From: Auanema rhodensis
Taxonomy: Eukaryota > Animalia > Nematoda
Length of the DNA: 64,000 nt
Assembly (NCBI GenBank): GCA_964057225.1
Contig: CAXKVF010000072.1
Location: forward strand, 806,001 to 870,000
Reading direction: 5' to 3'
Below, in pieces: positions 55,301-64,000 of this stretch. How positions within the stretch are numbered: the stretch's first letter is position 1; every line of letters starts with the position of its first letter. A program made the translations under genes and the position numbers. The notes beneath the pieces are model-generated. The model had not been told where the DNA came from and searched no databases. It saw nothing but the letters and a program-made list of their open reading frames with translations.

Positions 55301-56300
55301 ACATGGGGAATCTAATTTTGAAAACCGCATCTCTTTATCTTTCACGTGAAGCGAGTTACATACCAAGTGCACATCACGTGTACATTTAATTAGCATAAAT
55401 TAAAGTTCACGTAAATTTCAAAGTCATGGTTACCATGAAGCAATATCAATAAAAATTTGTTTTTAGACTAATATGGACATGGGGAATCTAATTTTGAGAA
55501 CCGCATCTCTTTATCTTTCACGTGAAGCGAGTTACATACCAAGTGCACATCACGTGTACATTTAATTAGCATTAATTAAAGTTCACGTAAATTTCAAAGT
55601 CATGGTTACCATGAACCAATATCAATAAAAATTTGTTTTTAGACTAATATGGACATGGGGAATCTAATTTTGAAAACCGCATCTCTTTATCTTTCACGTG
55701 AAGCGAGTTACATACCAAGTGCACATCACGTGTACATTTAATTAGCATAAATTAAAGTTCACGTAAATTTCAAAGTCATGGTTACCATGAAGCAATATCA
55801 ATAAAAATTTGTTTTTAGACTAATATGGACATGGGGAATCTAATTTTGAAAACCGCATCTCTTTATCTTTCACGTGAAGCGAGTTACATACCAAGTGCAC
55901 ATCACGTGTACATTTAATTAGCATAAATTAAAGTTCACGTAAATTTCAAAGTCATGGTTACCATGAACCAATATCAATAAAAATTTGTTTTTAGACTGAT
56001 ATGGACATGGGGAATCTAATTTTGAAAACCGCATTTCTTTATCTTTCACGTGAAGCGAGTTACATACCAAGTGCACATCACGTGTACATTTAATTAGCAT
56101 AAATTAAAGTTCACGTAAAATTCAAAGTCATGGTTACCATGAACCAATATCAATAAAAATTTGTTTTTAGACTAATATGGACATGGGGAATCTAATTTTG
56201 AAAACCGCATCTCTTTATCTTTCACGTGAAGCGAGTTACATACCAAGTGCACATCACGTGTACATTTAATTAGCATAAATTAAAGTTCACGTAAATTTCA
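43306..56300. repeat. Sector with short 2/3/5-monomer periodicity ([C89T+T174A, with or without A52G] - consensus - C22G)
   Basis: Marker monomers lie at 43482, 43834, 44362, 44890, 45242 and 45770, with spacings of 352, 528 and 880. The 880-bp spacing is also seen between ORF pairs 44861/45741 and 48557/49437. Confidence 0.75.
50346..50490. other. Truncated 145-bp monomer (40-bp deletion + 9-bp insertion)
   Basis: AAATTT-TGTATTTTT-GTTTTTAGAC replaces AAATTT-CAAAG...AAAAATTT-GTTTTTAGAC. The next monomer starts at 50491. Confidence 0.95.
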
Positions 56301-57002
56301 AAGTCATGGTTACCATGAAGCAATATCAATAAAAATTTGTTTTTAGACTAATATGGACATGGGGAATCTAATTTTGAAAACCGCATCTCTTTATCTTTCA
56401 CGTGAAGCGAGTTACATACCAAGTGCACATCACGTGTACATTTAATTAGCATGAATTAAAGTTCACGTAAATTTCAAAGTCATGGTTACCATGAACCAAT
56501 ATCAATAAAAATTTGTTTTTAGACTAATATGGACATGGGGAATCTAATTTTGAAAACCGCATCTCTTTATCTTTCACGTGAAGCGAGTTACATACCAAGT
56601 GCACATCACGTGTACATTTAATTAGCATAAATTAAAGTTCACGTAAATTTCAAAGTCATGGTTACCATGAACCAATATCAATAAAAATTTGTTTTTAGAC
56701 TAATATGGACATGGGGAATCTAATTTTGAAAACCGCATCTCTTTATCTTTCACGTGAAGCGAGTTACATACCAAGTGCACATCACGTGTACATTTAATTA
56801 GCATAAATTAAAGTTCACGTAAATTTCAAAGTCATGGTTACCATGCACCAATATCAATAAAAATTTGTTTTTAGACTAATATGGACATGGGGAATCTAAT
56901 TTTGAAAACCGCATCTCTTTATCTTTCACGTGAAGCGAGTTACATACCAAGTGCACATCACGTGTACATTTAATTAGCATAAATTAAAGTTCACGTAAAT
57001 TT

Positions 57003-58058
57003 CAAAGTCATGGTTACCATGCACCAATATCAATAAAAATTTGTTTTTAGACTAATATGGACATGGGGAATCTTATTTTGAAAACCGCATCTCTTTATCT
57101 TTCACGTGAAGCGAGTTACATACCAAGTGCACATCACGTGTACATTTAATTAGCATAAATTAAAGTTCACGTAAATTTCAAAGTCATGGTTACCATGAAC
57201 CAATATCAATAAAAATTTGTTTTGAGACTAATATGGACATGGGGAATCTAATTTTGAAAACCGCATCTCTTTATCTTCCACGTGAAGCGAGTTACATACC
57301 AAGTGCACATCACGTGTACATTTAATTAGCATAAATTAAAGTTCACGTAAATTTCAAAGTCATGGTTACCATGCACCAATATCAATAAAAATTTGTTTTT
57401 AGACTAATATGGACATGGGGAATCTAATTTTGAAAACCGCATCTCTTTATCTTTCACGTGAAGCGAGTTACATACCAAGTGCACATCACGTGTACATTTA
57501 ATTAGCATAAATTAAAGTTCACGTAAATTTCAAAGTCATGGTTACCATGCACCAATATCAATAAAAATTTGTTTTTAGACTAATATGGACATGGGGAATC
57601 TTATTTTGAAAACCGCATCTCTTTATCTTTCACGTGAAGCGAGTTACATACCAAGTGCACATCACGTGTACATTTAATTAGCATAAATTAAAGTTCACGT
57701 AAATTTCAAAGTCATGGTTACCATGAACCAATATCAATAAAAATTTGTTTTGAGACTAATATGGACATGGGGAATCTAATTTTGAAAACCGCATCTCTTT
57801 ATCTTCCACGTGAAGCGAGTTACATACCAAGTGCACATCACGTGTACATTTAATTAGCATAAATTAAAGTTCACGTAAATTTCAAAGTCATGGTTACCAT
57901 GCACCAATATCAATAAAAATTTGTTTTTAGACTAATATGGACATGGGGAATCTAATTTTGAAAACCGCATCTCTTTATCTTTCACGTGAAGCGAGTTACA
58001 TACCAAGTGCACATCACGTGTACATTTAAGTAGCATAAATTAAAGTTCACGTAAAATT
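57003..58058. repeat. Trimer duplication (528 bp)
   Basis: A72T at 57074/57602; T100C (with T46G) at 57278/57806. Confidence 0.88.
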
Positions 58059-58234
58059 CAAAGTCATGGTTACCATGAACCAATATCAATAAAAATTTGT
58101 TTTTAGACTAATATGGACATGGGGAATCTAATTTTGAAAACCGCATCTCTTTATCTTTCACGTGAAGCGAGTTACATACCAAGTGCACATCACGTGTACA
58201 TTTAATTAGCATAAATTAAAGTTCACGTAAATTT

Positions 58235-60870
58235 CAAAGTCATGGTTACCATGAACCAATATCAATAAAAATTTGTTTTTAGACTAATATGGACATGGGG
58301 CATCTAATTTTGAAAACCGCATCTCTTTATCTTTCACGTGAAGCGAGTTACATACCAAGTGCACATCACGTGTACATTTAATTAGCATAAATTAAAGTTC
58401 ACGTAAATTTCAAAGTCATGGTTACCATGCACCAATATCAATAAAAATTTGTTTTTAGACTAATATGGACATGGGGAATCTAATTTTGAAAACCGCATCT
58501 CTTTATCTTTCACGTGAAGCGAGTTACATACCAAGTGCACATCACGTGTACATTTAATTAGCATAAATTAAAGTTCACGTAAATTTCAAAGTCATGGTTA
58601 CCATGAACCAATATCAATAAAAATTTGTTTTTAGACTAATATGGACATGGGGAATCTAATTTTGAAAACCGCATCTCTTTATCTTTCACGTGAAGCGAGT
58701 TACATACCAAGTGCACATCACGTGTACATTTAATTAGCATAAATTAAAGTTCACGTAAATTTCAAAGTCATGGTTACCATGCACCAATATCAATAAAAAT
58801 TTGTTTTTAGACTAATATGGACATGGGGAATCTAATTATGAAAACCGCATCTCTTTATCTTTCACGTGAAGCGAGTTACATACCAAGTGCACATCACGTG
58901 TACATTTAATTAGCATAAATTAAAGTTCACGTAAATTACAAAGTCATGGTTACCATGAACCAATATCAATAAAAATTTGTTTTTAGACTAATATGGACAT
59001 GGGGAATCTAATTTTGAAAACCGCATCTCTTCATCTTTCACGTGAAGCGAGTTACATACCAAGTGCACATCACGTGTACATTTAATTAGCATAAATTAAA
59101 GTTCACGTAAATTTCAAAGTCATGGTTACCATGCACCAATATCAATAAAAATTTGTTTTTAGACTAATATGGACATGGGGAATCTAATTTTGAAAACCGC
59201 ATCTCTTTATCTTTCACGTGAAGCGAGTTACATACCAAGTGCACATCACGTGTACATTTAATTAGCATAAATTAAAGTTCACGTAAAATTCAAAGTCATG
59301 GTTACCATGAACCAATATCAATAAAAATTTGTTTTTAGACTAATATGGACATGGGGAATCTAATTTTGAAAACCGCATCTCTTTATCTTTCACGTGAAGC
59401 AAGTTACATACCAAGTGCACATCACGTGTACATTTAATTAGCATAAATTAAAGTTCACGTAAATTTCAAAGTCATGGTTACCATGAACCAATATCAATAA
59501 AAATTTGTTTTTAGACTAATATGGACATGGGGAATCTAATTTTGAAAACCGCATCTCTTTATCTTTCACGTGAAGCGAGCTACATACCAAGTGCACATCA
59601 CGTGTACATTTAATTAGCATAAATTAAAGTTCACGTAAATTTCAAAGTCATGGTTACCATGAACCAATATCAATAAAAATTTGTTTTTAGACTAATATGG
59701 ACATGGGGAATCTAATTTTGAGAACCGCATCTCTTTATCTTTCACGTGAAGCGAGTTACATACCAAGTGCACATCACGTGTACATTTAATTAGCATTAAT
59801 TAAAGTTCACGTAAATTTCAAAGTCATGGTTACCATGAACCAATATCAATAAAAATTTGTTTTTAGACTAATATGGACATGGAGCATCTAATTTTGAAAA
59901 CCGCATCTCTTTATCTTTCACGTGAAGCGAGTTACATACCAAGTGCACATCACGTGTACATTTAATTAGCATAAATTAAAGTTCACGTAAATTTCAAAGT
60001 CATGGTTACCATGCACCAATATCAATAAAAATTTGTTTTTAGACTAATATGGACATGGGGAATCTAATTTTGAAAACCGCATCTCTTTATCTTTCATGTG
60101 AAGCGAGTTACATACCAAGTGCACATCACGTGTACATTTAATTAGCATAAATTAAAGTTCACGTAAATTTCAAAGTCATGGTTACCATGAACCAATATCA
60201 ATAAAAATTTGTTTTTAGACTAATATGGACATGGGGAATCTAATTTTGAAAACCGCATCTCTTCATCTTTCACGTGAAGCGAGTTACATACCAAGTGCAC
60301 ATCACGTGTACATTTAATTAGCATAAATTAAAGTTCACGTAAATTTCAAAGTCATGGTTACCATGCACCAATATCAATAAAAATTTGTTTTTAGACTAAT
60401 ATGGACATGGGGAATCTAATTATGAAAACCGCATCTCTTTATCTTTCACGTGAAGCGAGTTACATACCAAGTGCACATCACGTGTACATTTAATTAGCAT
60501 AAATTAAAGTTCACGTAAATTACAAAGTCATGGTTACCATGAACCAATATCAATAAAAATTTGTTTTTAGACTAATATGGACATGGGGAATCTAATTTTG
60601 AAAACCGCATCTCTTCATCTTTCACGTGAAGCGAGTTACATACCAAGTGCACATCATGTGTACATTTAATTAGCATAAATTAAAGTTCACGTAAATTTCA
60701 AAGTCATGGTTACCATGCACCAATATCAATAAAAATTTGTTTTTAGACTAATATGGACATGGGGAATCTAATTTTGAAAACCGCATTTCTTTATCTTTCA
60801 CGTGAAGCGAGCTACATACCAAGTGCACATCACGTGTACATTTAATTAGCATAAATTAAAGTTCACGTAA
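58235..60870. repeat. 9-monomer-offset duplication (1584 bp)
   Basis: A67C 58301/59885, T76A 58838/60422 and T176A 58938/60522 are all offset by 1584 = 9x176. Confidence 0.85.
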
Positions 60871-63800
60871 ATTTCAAAGTCATGGTTACCATGAAGCAAT
60901 ATCAATAAAAATTTGTTTTTAGACTAATATGGACATGGGGAATCTAATTTTGAAAACCGCATCTCTTTATCTTTCACGTGAAGCGAGTTACATACCAAGT
61001 GCACATCACGTGTACATTTAATTAGCATAAATTAAAGTTCACGTAAATTTCAAAGTCATGGTTACCATGAACCAATATCAATAAAAATTAGTTTTTAGAC
61101 TAATATGGACATGGGGAATCTAATTTTGAAAACCGCATTTCTTTATCTTTCACGTGAAGCGAGTTACATACCAAGTGCACATCACGTGTACATTTAATTA
61201 GCATAAATTAAAGTTCACGTAAAATTCAAAGTCATGGTTACCATGAACCAATATCAATAAAAATTTAATTTTAGACTAATATGGACATGGGGAATCTAAT
61301 TTTGAAAACCGCATCTCTTTATCTTTCACGTGAAGCGAGTTACATACCAAGTGCACATCACGTGTACATTTAATTAGCATAAATTAAAGTTCACGTAAAT
61401 TTCAAAGTCATGGTTACCATGAACCAATATCAATAAAAATTTGTTTTTAGACTAATATGGACATGGGGAATCTAATTTTGAAAACCGCATTTCTTTATCT
61501 TTCACGTGAAGCGAGTTACATACCAAGTGCACATCACGTGTACATTTAATTAGCATAAATTAAAGTTCACGTAAAATTCAAAGTCATGGTTACCATGAAC
61601 CAATATCAATAAAAATTTGTTTTTAGACTAATATGGACATGGGGAATCTAATTTTGAAAACCGCATCTCTTTATCTTTCACGTGAAGCGAGCTACATACC
61701 AAGTGCACATCACGTGTACATTTAATTAGCATAAATTAAAGTTCACGTAAATTTCAAAGTCATGGTTACCATGAAGCAATATCAATAAAAATTTGTTTTT
61801 AGACTAATATGGACATGGGGAATCTAATTTTGAAAACCGCATCTCTTTATCTTTCACGTGAAGCGAGTTACATACCAAGTGCACATCACGTGTACATTTA
61901 ATTAGCATAAATTAAAGTTCACGTAAATTTCAAAGTCATGGTTACCATTAACCAATATCAATAAAAATTAGTTTTTAGACTAATATGGACATGGGGAATC
62001 TAATTTTGAAAACCGCATTTCTTTATCTTTCACGTGAAGCGAGTTACATACCAAGTGCACATCACGTGTACATTTAATTAGCATAAATTAAAGTTCACGT
62101 AAAATTCAAAGTCATGGTTACCATGAACCAATATCAATAAAAATTTGTTTTTAGACTAATATGGACATGGGGAATCTAATTTTGAAAACCGCATCTCTTT
62201 ATCTTTCACGTGAAGCGAGTTACATACCAAGTGCACATCACGTGTACATTTAATTAGCATAAATTAAAGTTCACGTAAATTTCAAAGTCATGGTTACCAT
62301 GAAGCAATATCAATAAAAATTTGTTTTTAGACTAATATGGACATGGGGAATCTAATTTTGAAAACCGCATCTCTTTATCTTTCACGTGAAGCGAGTTACA
62401 TACCAAGTGCACATCACGTGTACATTTAATTAGCATTAATTAAAGTTCACGTAAATTTCAAAGTCATGGTTACCATGAACCAATATCAATAAAAATTTGT
62501 TTTTAGACTAATATGGACATGGGAATCTAATTTTGAAAACCGCATCTCTTTATCTTTCACGTGAAGCGAATTACATACCAAGTGCACATCACGTGTACAT
62601 TTAATTAGCATAAATTAAAGTTCACGTAAATTTCAAAGTCATGGTTACCATGCACCAATATCAATAAAAATTTGTTTTTAGACTAATATGGACATGGGGA
62701 ATCTAATTTTGAAAACCGCATCTCTTTATCTTTCACGTGAAGCGAGTTACATACCAAGTGCACATCACGTGTACATTTAATTAGCATAAATTAAAGTTCA
62801 CGTAAATTTCAAAGTCATGGTTACCATGAAGCAATATCAATAAAAATTTGTTTTTAGACTAATATGGACATGGGGAATCTAATTTTGAAAACCGCATCTC
62901 TTTATCTTTCACGTGAAGCGAGTTACATACCAAGTGCACATCACGTGTACATTTAATTAGCATGAATTAAAGTTCACGTAAATTTCAAAGTCATGGTTAC
63001 CATGCACCAATATCAATAAAAATTTGTTTTTAGACTAATATGGACATGGGGAATCTAATTTTGAAAACCGCATCTCTTTATCTTTCACGTGAAGCGAGTT
63101 ACATACCAAGTGCACATCACGTGTACATTTAATTAGCATAAATTAAAGTTCACGTAAATTTCAAAGTCATGGTTACCATGAAGCAATATCAATAAAAATT
63201 TGTTTTTAGACTAATATGGACATGGGGAATCTAATTTTGAAAACCGCATCTCTTTATCTTTCACGTGAAGCGAGTTACATACCAAGTGCACATCACGTGT
63301 ACATTTAATTAGCATAAATTAAAGTTCACGTAAATTTCAAAGTCATGGTTACCATGAAGCAATATCAATAAAAATTTGTTTTTAGACTAATATGGACAGG
63401 GGGAATCTAATTTTGAAAACCGCATCTCTTTATCTTTCACGTGAAGCGAGTTACATACCAAGTGCACATCACGTGTACATTTAATTAGCATAAATTAAAG
63501 TTCACGTAAATTTCAAAGTCATGGTTACCATGAAGCAATATCAATAAAAATTTGTTTTTAGACTAATATGGACATGGGGAATCTAATTTTGAAAACCGCA
63601 TCTCTTTATCTTTCACGTGAAGCGAGTTACATACCAAGTGCACATCACGTGTACATATAATTAGCATAAATTAAAGTTCACGTAAATTTCAAAGTCATGG
63701 TTACCATGAACCAATATCAATAAAAATTTGTTTTTAGACTAATATGGACATGGGGAATCTAATTTTGAAAACCGCATTTCTTTATCTTTCACGTGAAGCG

Positions 63801-64000
63801 AGTTACATACCAAGTGCACATCACGTGTACATTTAATTAGCATAAATTAAAGTTCACGTAAAATTCAAAGTCATGGTTACCATGAACCAATATCAATAAA
63901 AATTTGTTTTTAGACTAATATGGACATGGGGAATCTAATTTTGAAAACCGCATTTCTTTATCTTTCACGTGAAGCGAGTTACATACCAAGTGCACATCAC

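Larger units (their letters stand above)
1..64000. repeat. 176-bp tandem satellite DNA array (363 full monomers + partial), highly homogeneous, probably centromeric or pericentromeric
   Basis: The unit CAAAGTCATGG...CACGTAAATTT restarts at 1, 177, 353 and so on up to 63866. Observed indels (-1,-4,+1x3,-1,+2x6,-31,-1) net -23, which gives exactly 363 x 176 bp before the last start. The array runs off both window ends. The satellite call is direct; the centromeric role is inferred from unit length and homogeneity. Confidence 0.98.

Noticed and set aside
43453-56100. Eight 60-aa minus-strand ORFs (MLIKCTRDVH...)
   Set aside because: They appear only where A52G changes the minus-strand TAG to CAG. 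Each spans about one monomer, has no recognisable domain, and merely marks one satellite haplotype.
1-64000. CRISPR array or other repeat-spacer system
   Set aside because: There are no unique spacers and no cas genes. The entire 176-bp unit repeats.
1-64000. Transposon insertion, inversion or telomeric repeat within the array
   Set aside because: The monomer phase is fully accounted for across the window with small indels only. No foreign sequence or strand switch was seen.
1-64000. A deliberate information-storing 'code' in the monomer variant order
   Set aside because: The order is adequately explained by nested tandem duplication and recombination. Nothing suggests a reader mechanism.

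Overview
The whole 64-kb window is one uninterrupted head-to-tail tandem array of a 176-bp AT-rich monomer (~32% GC). It holds 363 complete monomers plus a 135-bp partial, all in one orientation. Consensus: CAAAGTCATGGTTACCATGAACCAATATCAATAAAAATTTGTTTTTAGACTAATATGGACATGGGGAATCTAATTTTGAAAACCGCATCTCTTTATCTTTCACGTGAAGCGAGTTACATACCAAGTGCACATCACGTGTACATTTAATTAGCATAAATTAAAGTTCACGTAAATTT. Most monomers differ from the consensus by 0-3 substitutions. I see no genes, transposon insertions, inversions or CRISPR spacers. The nucleosome-sized unit, extreme homogeneity and local higher-order repeats (HORs) are typical of the homogenised core of a eukaryotic centromeric satellite. That function is inferred, and I cannot assign the species or a named family. 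Points of interest: (1) monomer architecture, with a CENP-B-box-like 17-mer overlapping a palindromic E-box, three TCACGT motifs spaced 32-33 bp apart, and several dyads; (2) a readable history of nested duplications with 2-, 3-, 5-, 9-, 10-, 11-, 14- and 21/22-monomer periods; (3) complex templated mutations and a microhomology deletion-insertion scar. The eight 60-aa ORFs are by-products of a single SNP. Variant names use monomer position (e.g. A52G).
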